The notes: generated by a model from the letters alone, not told the origin. A DNA stretch of 64,000 bases from Prorocentrum cordatum (GCA_963575745.1 CAUYUJ010000148.1:496001-560000); one strand, 5' to 3'; counted from the first letter of the stretch, positions 31,801 through 44,714 are shown. Numbers and translations are program-made.

Positions 31801-34416
31801 ATTGCAGGCTGCTTGGACCACACGTGTACGTGAAGCAGCGCCACACAGACACGTGATACGACAAGCCCAGTTCGCTGTGCGACCACACTGCGAGCAAGAC
31901 GAGCGAAGCAGACGACCGCCTCGCAGCACAGAACCGTCGCCAGTCATGCGGCTGGCAACTGTGGGACTGTGTCCCGACCAGGCAGGCCGTTCTGAAGTTT
32001 GCTTCGCCAAGCTCAGGAAAGAACCTGGGCCAGAACGGCTGAGGAGGAGGAGGAGGATCACAGAAGGAGAAATGGAGGGGCAGAAAGGGTGGGAGGTAAG
32101 GAGGAGGAGAGAAAGAGAGAGAGGGGGGAATGAGGAGAAGGGGAGGAGGAGAGGAGAGGAGAGATGACGGAAGGGGTAATGGGGGGTGGAGGGGCGTTCG
32201 CCTGCCGCGACGCAGGAGCCACTATGAGGGGAGGAGGGGGGTCGGGGGGATAGGAGGAGGAGAGGACGATGAGGGGAAGAGAAGAGGGGGGGAGGAGGAG
32301 GAGGAGAACAGGGGGAGGGAACATCGTTGATGCGATCGCGCAATCTCTGGTGTCATATCCCTCCCGCCCTCCCTATACCATGGAGCTTTGTCCTCTACGT
32401 CCACAAGGTATAATGTCTAAGAAGACGGTGGTTCCGAAGGGCAGATGTGTGCCACGACTTGTCGCACCCTCCAGCGAGAGCTCAACTGAGGCTGATGCCG
32501 TAGTTCGGCCTGCCCGCGGCAAGAGTCGGGTCTGCTTGGCGGAGGCCCTATGGAAATCTCCACCTGTGGCAAAAAGCTGGAACGGAAGCTGCGTGCTTGC
32601 TAATGCCAGAGAGCGGCCACCGTTGCGGAGAGAGCCTCGCCCGGCTGGACGGGAACCCAATGGTGACGTGGATGGGATGCTACAGCCAGCGGTGTGGAGA
32701 CATCGTCGCCCCGATGGAGGAATGCGAATATCGTTACCTGAGGCCAGCGCTGAAACAAGAGCACAGCTTTTGAAGGGGCGGGGACGCGTTGGTTGGACGA
32801 AGACACATCCAAAATCATAGTTGGGCAATCCTGCGCGTGTGAGAAAAGGAATGTGCGGAATCGGCGGGGGAAAGTAAGGATTGAGATCTGGCAAATAATG
32901 GCATGACATACTGAGCAGTCCTGGCTAGAGTCACGCGAGCGCGCTGCGCGCGCTTAGGGTCTAGTCAAAGGCCCTTGCCTCATCGACATCCTACTATTTC
33001 TCCTGCTTCCGCTCTACTCATTACTTTGACGGCGCGCGAAAGGGGGTGGAGGGAGAAGGAAGGCTTCTTAGAGGGAAGTCGTCTCTTGGAAGGCGCCGGC
33101 CTTGCATCTGCAGGTAAGGCCCGGGCCTGATAAGAAGCAGGGGTGTTTCGAAGAAGCCCTCCCCCCCTTCTCATCATCCTCCTTCTCCTCCTCACCCTGA
33201 GGGGTAACGATAGGGGGGGATAGGAATAGGGGGGATGCATCGACGTGGAATCGGCGATACATCGCCGATAGATCGGCGATAAGGCCCCCGATCGTGGATC
33301 CGCACCTTCCTGGGCAGGTTGGGGCTATCGGGCCCCCATCGGCGATCCATGGGCGATTGGGGGTCGATGCGTCCCACCCTTTGCCCATCCCCCCCCCTAC
33401 CGTTGCCCCCGACCCTCCGCCAGACAACATCTGAAGCAAAGGAGAAGGCCGCGCCACCACGGCCTCCGCATGCCGCGCTGCCTCTCGGGGGCCCTCGCGG
33501 CCATCGCCGGGCCATGGTGGACGGCTCTGAGGCCCACCATGGGAAACCCTTTAGGGGATCTCGGGGCCGTGTACAATCTGGCTGCTGAAGTAAGGAACGC
33601 CACCAAGAACGAGCAACGAAACCCTGTTTTTTAGCACGAGAAGAGCCTATGTCCTAGGTGCACGAGGAATAGAGGGTCATCCGTCAAGGTCACCAGTGCT
33701 GCTGATGCTGCCAAGTCGCGCGCGGCGGGCTGGAAGAGGGCGAGACGGGTGAGACGCGTGGGTGACCCCTCCTGCAGCTCCTCGGAGTCGCCGTTACACT
33801 CCTCGCGCTCCTCAAAGGTCCTGATCCTCCTCATCCTCCGGCTGATCCCACCATTCGCACCATTCGTGGTATACTGATCAAACACAGTATGTTGATCCTC
33901 CTCGCGCTCGACCGTTAAGCCTATCAATCCTCCTCCCAAGTGATGGAATGTTCCTCAGCGCCACCAGCCCATCGCCTCAAGCTGGGGATGTGTGCCACGG
34001 AGCCCGCGGAGAACCACATCTATCCCCACCTGAAAGACGAAAAGAAACGCGCCTTACAACAGATGGCATAGCGTCCTTACGCTGCGTTTTACGCGGGTCA
34101 CCATCGCGGCACGCCACACTGGAAACGAGGACCGCTACGCGCGACCATATGCGGGCAACTTAAGCGCCAATGTCGTCGACGACAGCCCCGTTTTCTTCCC
34201 TCGCCCGCTACTCCCAATACCGCTACTCCCAAGACCTCTCCAGTCGTGGGTTCTGACCATAATGTCGAGGCGCATCCAGCCGTGGCGACGAGGGAAGGGT
34301 CGCGGCATCGGTAGATGTTTCTCCTCTGAGGCTGGACCCGCCGGGGTAGGGCTCGCGGGGGGTCGAAAAAAGCACGAGCGGCGGCGGCAGGCAACCGCCC
34401 TGCGGCCCGCGAGGGC

Positions 34417-36176
34417 TCAGCGGGCGAAGCCGTCCTGGCCGTCCGCCTTCATCTCGGCGCCCGCGTACACGTAGCCCGGCACGGTCGCGTAGACCACCTC
34501 GATGGGCGGCTCAACGGCGTCCGCCTTCCTCCCCAACTTCTCCAGGGCGAGCGCGGTGGACTTCGAGAAGCGCGGGTCGGCCACCTCGTCGTCGAGCAGG
34601 TCCATGATCTTGCCGAAGTCCTTTTGAGCAGGGGCAGACCCTCCCGGCATCCCTAAAAGCCTACCACGGAGTGTTCTTAGAGCTGTAGAAATGGTTGCAA
34701 GCGTGAACCCCCGTGCGGGGCGATCTATGTGATGTGAGCCATGTGGTGTAAGCTAGTTGTGGTGTAAGCTAGTTGGTGCAAGCTATGCGGCGCACGTAAC
34801 CTATGTGGCGTATGGTCGGACCTAGGACGGAATAACATCCTACAAGAGCATGAGACCCTCCGCCGGCCAGAACACCCCAAACCATGAGATCACCCGAGGG
34901 TGCCCTCACCCAGAATGCACAAAAACATCCACCAAACACGAAGAACAGTAGGGAACCCTCCAAGAACCGACCCTCGCACCTCGATCTAACACCTCGGCCC
35001 GACCGTGAGCCATGTGGCGCATACGAGGCGCCCACGGTAGCCCACCAGGCGAAACCTCGACACGCCCGCCCAGCGCACGGGGCGCCCACGAGGCGCGCAC
35101 GGCCGCCGACCAGGCGGAATCTCAACACACCCGCCCAGCTTGCCCAAGAGGAGCCCACGGCCGCCCACCAGGCGAAACCTGGCCACATCAAACCAGCGCA
35201 CGGCGCGACCACGAGGCGCCCACGGCCGCCCACCAGGCGAAATCTCGGCACACCCAGCCAGCGCACGGGTCGCCCGCGAGGCGCCCGAGGCAGCCGACTA
35301 GGCGAAACCCCAACACAACCCGACCAACGCACTGGGCGCTCAACTGGCGCCCACGGCTGCCAACCCGAAACGGCACCTCGACGCCGCCCACCAGGCGAAA
35401 CCTCGCCACGCCAAGCACCCCCACGTCGCGCCCACGAGGCGCCCACGGCCGCCAACCGGGCGAAACCTCGAAACACCCAGCCAGCGCACATGGCGCCCAC
35501 GGCCGTCCACCAGGCGAAATCTTACCGCACCCAGTTGGCGTACGGGGCGCCCACGAGGAGCCCACGGCCGCCCACCAGGCGGAACCCCAACACACCCAAC
35601 AAACCCGAGTAGCAATCCCCAATACAAGCACTGTTTGGGGACTGCTCTTCGAACATAAGACCGAGTGCAGGCGTGTTCTGAGGACAGATTCTGCCAATCA
35701 GTAGCGTGGTTCCTATACAACTTGTTGGTGGGTCTACAGGCGGACCAGGGCGCTTCGTCACTGCACGAGTCCTCCGTCAACACCTCAGCGCCGGCGATGG
35801 ACTTCACCACCATGCCGCCCGACACGCCGGCGGAGAACGCCTGGCCCTGGGGGTCCCCAGGGTACCGGGACACCGGGATCACCTCCATGGCCATCGCGCC
35901 CTTCATGCCGTTGCCCGGCTGGTAGCGCAGGATGCCGAAGGGGCGCTTCTTGTAGGTGACGGTGGGGCCCGGGCCAGTGGCGGCCGAGGCATCGAACGCC
36001 ACATCCGCGTCCTTCGGCCCGCAGCGCTCCAGGTACTCCGCGCTCACGCGCGCGGCCACGCGCTCGCCGCGCTGGCAGCTGGGCGCGGGCGAGCCCACGA
36101 AGCCGGCGCCCCTGCGGCACAGGGCCACCACCGCGGCCGCAAGCACGCACGTGAGGATGGGCCGCTGGGGCGCCAT
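34417..36176 (-). CDS. Tandem array copy 1: 202-aa plastid-targeted PDZ-like protein; exon1 36176-35772, GA-AG intron 35771-34621 (1151 bp), exon2 34620-34417
   Basis: Exon1 (405 nt, MAPQRPILTCVLAAAVVALCRRGAG-FVGSP...VLTE) joins exon2 (204 nt, DFGKIMDLL...DGFAR*) in frame at GAG|GA...AG|GAC. Signal peptide plus FV-type transit peptide. KKRPFGI / GAMAMEV / GQAFSAGV.GMVVKSIAG resembles the PDZ pattern. Exons are conserved across copies while the intron varies. Confidence 0.85.
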
Positions 36177-36244
36177 GGCGGCAGAGCTCGGCGCGGGCTG
36201 GGGGGCGGGCGGTGCCTCCGGTCGTTTAAAAAAGCCCAAGCCCA

Positions 36245-36375
36245 AAACTGAACAAGGAAGAGGCACGCTGAAGGGGGGGGAGGGGGAGGGCAGGGGGCAG
36301 GGAGTAGGAGGAGGAAGGGGGAGCAAGAGGAGAGGGACGTGAGAGAGGAGGCGAGCGGAGGGGGAGGAGAGAGAG
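36245..36375 (-). promoter_or_regulatory. Polypyrimidine tract and candidate trans-splice acceptor (CCTTGTTCAG) ~70-75 nt upstream of the ATG, repeated in each array spacer
   Basis: Minus strand: a long C/T tract ends in TTCAG followed by TTTTGGGCTTGGGC, conserved upstream of every complete copy. The role is inferred from dinoflagellate spliced-leader trans-splicing. Confidence 0.35.
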
Positions 36376-36670
36376 GCCCGGGTCGTGACGACCCGGGCGT
36401 TGGTTACTGACGCCGCGCGGATCGCTCAACTTTGAGCGACCGCGGCTTCCCGATGGAGCAGGGAGCACGGTATCGGCCCACCCTGGGCCCTCTCCAGTCG
36501 TGGGTTCTGACCATAATGTCGAGGCGCATCCAGCCGTGGCGACGAGGGAAGGGTCGCGGCATCGGTAGATGTTTCTCCTCTGAGGCTGGACCCGCCGGGG
36601 TAGGGCTCGCGGGGGGTCGAAAAAAGCACGAGCGGCGGCGGCAGGCAACCGCCCTGCGGCCCGCGAGGGC

Positions 36671-37973
36671 TCAGCGGGCGAAGCCGTCCTGGCCGTCCGC
36701 CTTCATCTCGGCGCCCGCGTACACGTAGCCCGGCACGGTCGCGTAGACCACCTCGATGGGCGGCTCAACGGCGTCCGCCTTCCTCCCCAACTTCTCCAGG
36801 GCGAGCGCGGTGGACTTCGAGAAGCGCGGGTCGGCCACCTCGTCGTCGAGCAGGTCCATGATCTTGCCGAAGTCCTTTCAAGCAGGGGCAGACCCTCCCG
36901 GCATTCCTAGAGGCCTACCACGGAGTGTTCTCAGAACTGTAGAGTGGTTGCAAGCGTGAACCCCAAGCCGTGAGCCATTGCACTGTGGATGCACAGCCTA
37001 CGCGGTGCAATCCATGTGGTGCACTATATGCGGTGCGAGCTACGTGATAGATGGTGAATGCTGTGGGGCGCAGGCTCCATAGCGTAAACTATGTGGTGCA
37101 AGCTGTGTGTTGCAAGTTACGGGGTGCAATCCATCTGGTGCGATCTATGTGGTGAAAGCTACGTGGTGCATGCTATGAGGATTAAGCCATCTGGCGCCTA
37201 CGATGCGCCCACTGACGATCACCAGGCGAAACCTCGCCATACCAAGCACCCCCACGTCGCACCCACGAGGCGCCCACGGCCGCCCGCCAGGCGAAACCTC
37301 GAAACACCCAGCCAACGCACGTGGCGCGCTGCCCACCAGGCGAAATCTCACCGCACACACACACACACACAACAAAACCCAAGTAACAATCCCCAGTGCA
37401 AGCACTGTTTGGGGACTGCTCTCCGAACATAAGACCGAGTGGTTCACACATCACACTATCAACAAGGCGTGTTCTGAGGACAGATTCTGCCAATCAGTAG
37501 CGTGGTTCCTATACACATGTATTGGTGGGCCGACAGGCGGACCAGGGCGCTTCGTCACTGCACGAGTCCTCCGTCAACACCTCCGCGCCGGCGATGGACT
37601 TCACCACCATGCCGCCCGACACGCCGGCGGAGAACGCCTGGCCCTGGGGGTCCCCAGGGTACCGGGACACCGGGATCACCTCCATGGCCATCGCGCCCTT
37701 CATGCCGTTGCCCGGCTGGTAGCGCAGGATGCCGAAGGGGCGCTTCTTGTAGGTGACGGTGGGGCCCGGGCCAGTGGCGGCCGAGGCGTCGAACGCCACA
37801 TCCGCGTCCTTCGGCCCGCAGCGCTCCAGGTACTCCGCGCTCACGCGCGCGGCCACGCGCTCGCCGCGCTGGCAGCTGGGCGCGGGCGAGCCCACGAAGC
37901 CGGCGCCCCTGCGGCACAGGGCCACCACCGCGGCCGCAAGCACGCACGTGAGGATGGGCCGCTGGGGCGCCAT
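36671..37973 (-). CDS. Tandem array copy 2; exon1 37973-37569, intron 37568-36875 (694 bp), exon2 36874-36671
   Basis: Same exon lengths (405+204) and same protein as copy 1; same GA donor and AG acceptor. Confidence 0.85.
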
Positions 37974-38049
37974 GGCGGCAGAGCTCGGCGCGGGCTGAGG
38001 GGCGGGCGGAGCCTCTGGTCGTTAAAAAAAGCCCAAGCCCAAAACTGAA

Positions 38050-38809
38050 TTATCCCAGTGCGACCCTACCTAGGAGTTGGAGCATCTAGGAAAGCAACAT
38101 CTACATCTACACCGACAGCTACATTAACAACTACACATGCATCTACATCTACATCAACATCAACAGCGAGACTCTGCTGCGCTATGCTATGCTATGCCAC
38201 GCTGCGCCATGCTATGATATGGTATGATATGATGTGCTATGCTATGCTATGATCTGCTGCGATATGCTATGCTGTGCTATGAGATTAGATGTTACGATAT
38301 GCTATGATATGGCATGATATGCTATGATATGGTATGCTATGCAATGCGATGCGATGCTGCGCTGTGCCATGCTAAGCTAAGCGATGCTATGATATGTTAT
38401 GATATGCTGCGCTGTGCTATGATATGCCGTGCTATGCGATGCTATGATATGCTGTGCTATGACATGTTATGGCATGATACGATATGATATGGTATGATAT
38501 GAGAATGATGCGCTAAGCTAAGCTAAGCTGAGCTAAGCTAAGCTAGGCTAGGCTAGGCCAGGCTAGGCTAAGCTAAGCTAAGCTAAGCTAAGCTAGGCTA
38601 GGCTAGGCTAGACTAGGCTAAACTAAGCTAAGCTATGCTAAGCTAAGTTAAGCTAGGCTAAGATAAGATGAGATAAACAAAGCTAAGCTAAGAGGACATA
38701 ACTGGGGGAACCGCGGGGCGGATACTGGGGGAACCGCCTGGGGCGGTTTACACTGCCCGGCCCTTTAAGCACATAGAGTAAGAACCCTTCTAGACAGAGC
38801 CTAGGTATG
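38050..38809. mobile_element. Non-autonomous ~760-bp insertion with (TATGC/TATGA)n and (AAGCT/AGGCT)n core, GAA target duplication
   Basis: The empty site AAACTGAACAAGG is seen in other spacers; here it reads AAACTGAA[insert]GAACAAGG. Confidence 0.75.
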
Positions 38810-39189
38810 GAACAAGGAAGAAGGGGCGCTGAAGGGGGGGGGAGGGGGAGGGCAGGGGGCAGGGAGTAGGAGGAGGGAAGGGGGAGCAAGAGGAGAGGGG
38901 CGTGGGAGAGGAGGGGGAGGACGGGGAGGACGCCGCGCGGATCATTCAACTTTGAGCGACCGCGGCTTCCCGATGGAGCAGGGAGCTCGATATCGGCCCA
39001 CTCTGGGCCCTCTCCAGTCGTGCGTTCTGACCAGAATGTCGAGGCGCATCCAGCCGTGGCGACGAGGGAGGGGTCGTGGCATCGGTAGACGTTTCTCCTC
39101 TGAGGCTAGACCCGCCGGGGTAGGCCTCGCGGGGGGTCGAAAAATCGCAAGCGGAGGCGGCAGGCAACTGCCTTGCGGCCCGCGAGGGC

Positions 39190-40395
39190 TCAGCGGGCGA
39201 AGCCGTCCTGGCCGTCCGCCTTCATCTCGGCGCCCGCGTACACGTAGCCTGGCACGGTCGCGTAGACCACCTCGATGGGCGGCTCAACGGCGTCCGCCTT
39301 CCTCCCCAACTTCTCCAGGGCGAGCGCGGTGGACTTCGAGAAGCGCGGGTCGGCCACCTCGTCGTCGAGCAAATCCATGATCTTGCCGAAGTCCTTTTGA
39401 GCAGGGGCAAGCCCTCCCCGCATTCCTAAAGGCGTACCACGGAGTGTTCTCAGAACTGTAGAATGGTTGTAAGCGTGAGCCCCAAGCCGTGAGCCATTGC
39501 ACTGTGGATGCGCAGCCTACGCGCTGCAATCCATGTGGTGCACGCTATGCGGTCGGTGCGAGTTACGAGGTACAAGATAGATGGTGAAGGTTATTGAGCG
39601 CAAACTACATGGCATAAACTATGTGGTGCAAGCGATGTGTTGCAAGGTACGGGATGCAATCCATGTGGTGCGATCTATCTGCTGAAAGCTACGTGGTGCA
39701 TGCTATGAGGATGAAGCCATGTGGCGTAAGACATGTGGTGCCTACGATGCGCCCACGGCCGATCACCAAGCGAAACCTCGCCATACCAAGCACGCGCACC
39801 TCCAGTGCAATCCCCAGTGCAAGCACTGTTTGGGGACTGCTCTCCGAACATAAGATCCAGTGGTTCACACATCACACTATCAGCCAGGCGTGTTCTGAGG
39901 AAAGATTATGCCAATCAGTAGCGTGGTTTCCGATACAAATTTGTTGGTGGGCCGACATGCGGACCAGGGCGCTTCGTCACTGCACGAGTCCTCCGTCAAC
40001 ACCTCCGCGCCGGCGATGGACTTCACCACCATGCCGCCCGACACGCCGGCGGAGAACGCCTGGCCCTGGGGGTCCCCAGGGTACCGGGACACCGGGATCA
40101 CCTCCATGGCCATCGCGCCCTTCATGCCGTTGCCCGGCTGGTAGCGCAGGATGCCGAAGGGGCGCTTCTTGTAGGTGACGGTGGGGCCCGGGCCAGTGGC
40201 GGCCGAGGCATCGAACGCCACATCCGCGTCCTTCGGCCCGCAGCGCTCCAGGTACTCCGCGCTCACGCGCGCGGCCACGCGCTCGCCGCGCTGGCAGCTG
40301 GGCGCGGGCGAGCCCACGAAGCCGGCGCCCCTGCGGCACAGGGCCACCACCGCGGCCGCAAGCACGCACGTGAGGATGGGCCGCTGGGGCGCCAT
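39190..40395 (-). CDS. Tandem array copy 3; exon1 40395-39991, intron 39990-39394 (597 bp), exon2 39393-39190
   Basis: Same protein; the differences I found (e.g. GAT TTG vs GAC CTG, CCA vs CCG) are synonymous. Confidence 0.85.
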
Positions 40396-40471
40396 GGCGG
40401 CAGAGCTCGGCGCGGGCTGAGGGGCGGGCGGAGCCTCTGGTCGTTAAAAAAAGCCCAAGCCCAAAACTGAA

Positions 40472-41261
40472 TTATCCCAGAGCGACCCTACCTAGGAGTT
40501 TGAGCATCTAGGAAAGCAACATCTACATCTACACCGACAGCAACATTAACATCTACACCTGCATCTACATCTACATCAACATCAACAGCGAGACTATGCT
40601 GGACTATGCTATGCTATGCTATGCTGTGCTGTGATATGGTATGTGATGTTATGCTGTGATATGATGCGCTATTATATGAGATGATATGATGCGCTATGCT
40701 ATGTTATGATATGATATGATATGCTGCGCTATGGTATGACATGACATATCATGGCATGATATGGCATGATAGTATATGATGTAATATGATATGCGATGTT
40801 ATGCTATGCTATGCTGGGCTGTGATATGATAAGCTAAGCTATGATATGGTATGATATCATATGCTGCGCTATGATATGCTATGCTGTGCTATGATATGCT
40901 ATGATGTGTCGCGCTATGCTATGCTATGCTGCGCGATGCTATGATATGATATGGTATGATATGATAATGCTGCGCTAAGTTAAGCTAAGCTGAGCTAAGC
41001 TAGGCCAAGCTATGCTAAGCTAAGCTAGGCTAGACTAAGCTAAGCTAAGCTAAACTAAACTAAGCTAAGCAAGGCTAGGCTAGGCTAGGCTAGGCTAGGC
41101 TAAGCTAAGCTAAGCTAAGATGAGATAAGCAAAGCTAAGCTAAGGGGACATAACTGGGGGAACCGCGGGGCGGATACTGGGGGAACCGCCTGGGGCGGTT
41201 TACACTGCCCGGCCCTTTAAGCACATAGAGTAAGAACCCTTCTAGGCAGAGCCTGGGTATG
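40472..41261. mobile_element. Second copy (~790 bp) of the same insertion at the identical spacer position
   Basis: Same ends (TTATCCCAG...GGTATG) and same GAA duplication; microsatellite core has diverged. Confidence 0.75.
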
Positions 41262-41682
41262 GAACAAGGAAGAAGGGGCGCTGAAGGGGGGGGAGGGGGA
41301 GGGCAGGGGGCAGGGAGTAGGAGCAGGGACGGGGGAGCAAGAGGAGAGGGGCGTGGGAGAGGAGGGGGAGGACGGGTAGGAGAGAGACGCCCGGGTCGTG
41401 ACGACCCGTGCGTTGGTCACTGACGCCGCACGGATCGTTCAACTTTGAGCGACCGCGGCTTCCCGATGGAGCAGGGAGCTCGATATCGGCCCACTCTGGG
41501 CCCTCTCCAGTCGTGCGTTCTGACCAGAATGTCGAGGCGCATCCAGCCGTGGCGACGAGGGAGGGGTCGTGGCATCGGTAGACGTTTCTCCTCTGAGGCT
41601 GGACCCGCCGGGGTAGGGCTCGCGGGGGGTCGAAAAATCGCAAGCGGAGGCGGCCGGCAACTGCCTTGCGGCCCGCGAGGGC

Positions 41683-42888
41683 TCAGCGGGCGAAGCCGTC
41701 CTGGCCGTCCGCCTTCATCTCGGCGCCCGCGTACACGTAGCCTGGCACGGTCGCGTAGACCACCTCGATGGGCGGCTCAACGGCGTCCGCCTTCCTCCCC
41801 AACTTCTCCAGGGCGAGCGCGGTGGACTTCGAGAAGCGCGGGTCGGCCACCTCGTCGTCGAGCAAATCCATGATCTTGCCGAAGTCCTTTTGAGCAGGGG
41901 CAAGCCCTCCCCGCATTCCTAAAGGCGTACAACGGAGTGTTCTCAGAACTGTAGAATGGTTGTAAGCGTGAGCCCCAAGCCGTGAGCCATTGCACTGTGG
42001 ATGCGCAGCCTACGCGCTGCAATCCATGTGGTGCACGCTATGCGGTCGGTGCGAGCTACGAGGTACAAGATAGATGGTGAAGGCTATTGAGCGCAAACTA
42101 CATGGCGTAAACTATGTGGTGCAAGCGATGTGTTGCAAGGTACGGGATGCAATCCATGTGGTGCGATCTATCTGCTGAAAGCTACGTGGTGCATGCTATG
42201 AGGATGAAGCCATGTGGCGTAAGACATGTGGTGCCTACGATGCGCCCACGGCCGATCACCAAGCGAAACCTCGCCATACCAAGCACGCGCACCTCCAGTG
42301 CAATCCCCAGTGCAAGCACTGTTTGGGGACTGCTGTCCGAACATAAGATCCAGTGGTTCACACATCACACTATCAGCCAGACGTGTTCTGAGGACAGATT
42401 ATGCCGATCAGTAGCGTGGTTTCCTATGCAAATTTGTTGGTGGGCCTACAGGCGGACCAGGGCGCTTCGTCACTGCACGAATCCTCCGTCAGCACCTCCG
42501 CGCCGGCGATGGACTTCACCACCATGCCGCCCGACACGCCGGCGGAGAACGCCTGGCCCTGGGGGTCCCCAGGGTACCGGGACACCGGGATCACCTCCAT
42601 GGCCATCGCGCCCTTCATGCCATTGCCCGGCTGGTAGCGCAGGATGCCGAAGGGGCGCTTCTTGTAGGTGACGGTGGGGCCCGGGCCAGTGGCGGCCGAG
42701 GCGTCGAACGCCACATCCGCGTCCTTCGGCCCGCAGCGCTCCAGGTACTCCGCGCTCACGCGCGCGGCCACGCGCTCGCCGCGCTGGCAGCTGGGCGCGG
42801 GCGAGCCCACGAAGCCGGCGCCCCTGCGGCACAGGGCCACCACCGCGGCCGCAAGCACGCACGTGAGGATGGGCCGCTGGGGCGCCAT
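41683..42888 (-). CDS. Tandem array copy 4; exon1 42888-42484, intron 42483-41887 (597 bp), exon2 41886-41683
   Basis: Same protein; donor reads GAG|GATTCG, so GA is retained; offset from copy 3 is 2493 bp. Confidence 0.85.
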
Positions 42889-43383
42889 GGCGGCAGAGCT
42901 CGGCGTGGGCTGAGGGGCGGGCGGAGCCTCCGGTCGTTTAAAAAAGCCCAAGCCCAAAACTGAACATGGAAGAAGGGGCGCTGAAGGGGGGGGGGAGGGG
43001 GAGGGCAGGGGGCAGGGAGTAGGAGCAGGGAAGGGGGAGCAAGAGGAGATGGGCGTGGGAGAGGAGGAGAGAGGAGGGGGAGGAGAGAGAGGCCCGGGTC
43101 GTGACGACCCGGGCGTTGGTTACTGACGCCGCGCGGATCGCTCAACTTTGAACGACCGCGGCTTCCCGATGGAGCAGGGAGCTCGATATCGGCCCTCTGG
43201 GCCCTCTCCACTTGTGCGTTCGGACCAGAATGTCGAGGCGCATCCAGCCGTGGCGACGAGGGAGGGGTCGTGGCATCGGTAGACGTTTCTCCTCTAGAGG
43301 CTGAACCCGCCGGGGAGGGCTCGCGGGGGGTCGAAAAATCACGAGCGGAGGCGGCAGGCAACTGCCCTGCGGCCCGCGAGGGC

Positions 43384-44714
43384 TCAGCGGGCGAAGCCGT
43401 CCTGGCCGTCCGCCTTCATCTCGGCGCCCGCGTACACGTAGCCCGGCACGGTCGCGTAGACCACCTCGATGGGCGGCTCAACGGCGTCGGCCTTCCTCCC
43501 CAACTTCTCCAGGGCGAGCGCGGTGGACTTCGAGAAGCGCGGGTCGGCCACCTCGTCGTCGAGCAAGTCCATGATCTTGCCGAAGTCCTTTTGAGCAGGG
43601 GCAGACCCTCCTGGCATTCCTAGAGGCCTACCACGGAGTGTTCTCAGAACTGTAGAATGGTTGCAAACGTGAGCCCCAAGCCGTGAGCCATTGCACTGCG
43701 GATGCGCAGCCTACGCGGTGCAATCCAGGTGGTGCACTATATGCGGTGCGAGCTACGTGATAGATGGTGAAGGCTATAGGGCGCAAACTACATGGCGTAA
43801 ACTATGTGGTGCAAGCTATGTGTTGCAAGTTACGTGATGCAATCCATGTGGTGCGATCTATGTGTTGAAAACTACGTGGTGCATGCTATGAGGATGAAGC
43901 CATGTGGCGCAAGCCGGATGGCGCCTACGATGCGCCCACGGCCGATCACCAGGCGAAGCCTCGCCATATCAAGCACGAACACCTCGCGCCCACGAGTCGC
44001 CCACGGCCGCCCGCCCGGGGACAAACACCTCGCGCCCACGGCGCCCACGAAGCGCCCAAGGCCGCCCACCAGGCGAAACCCACGCAAACCCTACGAAACC
44101 CGAATAGTTATCCCTAGTGCAAGCACTGTTTGGGGACTACTCTTCGAACAAAGAGGTGCGTGCTTACAACATAAGACCGAATATTTCACACATCATACTA
44201 TCAGCCAGGCATGCTGTGAGGACAGATTATACCAACAGCTAAAGTGGTTCTTATACAACTTGTTGGTGGGCCTACAGGCGGTCCAGGGCGCTTCGTCACT
44301 GCACGAGTCCTCCGTCAACACCTCCGCGCCGGCGATGGACTTCACCACCATGCCGCCCGACACGCCGGCGGAGAACGCCTGGCCCTGGGGGTCCCCAGGG
44401 TACCGGGACACCGGGATCACCTCCATGGCCATCGCGCCCTTCATGCCGTTGCCCGGCTGGTAGCGCAGGATGCCGAAGGGGCGCTTCTTGTAGGTGACGG
44501 TGGGGCCCGGGCCAGTGGCGGCCGAAGCGTCGAACGCCACATCCGCGTCCTTCGGCCCGCAGCGCTCCAGGTACTCCGCGCTCACGCGCGCGGCCACGCG
44601 CTCGCCGCGCTGGCAGCTGGGCGCGGGCGAGCCCACGAAGCCGGCGCCCCTGCGGCACAGGGCCACCACCGCAGCCGCAAGCATGCACGTGAGGATGGGC
44701 CGCTGGGGCGCCAT
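43384..44714 (-). CDS. Tandem array copy 5; exon1 44714-44310, intron 44309-43588 (722 bp), exon2 43587-43384
   Basis: Same protein except V11M in the signal peptide; same splice sites. Confidence 0.85.

Noticed and set aside
35340..35771. Single-exon version of the array gene ending DSCSDEAPW...
   Set aside because: The read-through tail differs in length and sequence among copies, whereas exon2 is conserved with synonymous changes.
36230..36252. Relict spliced leader upstream of array genes (CAGTTTTGGGCTTGG)
   Set aside because: Too few matches to CCATTTTGGCTCAAG to call; kept only as a candidate acceptor context.
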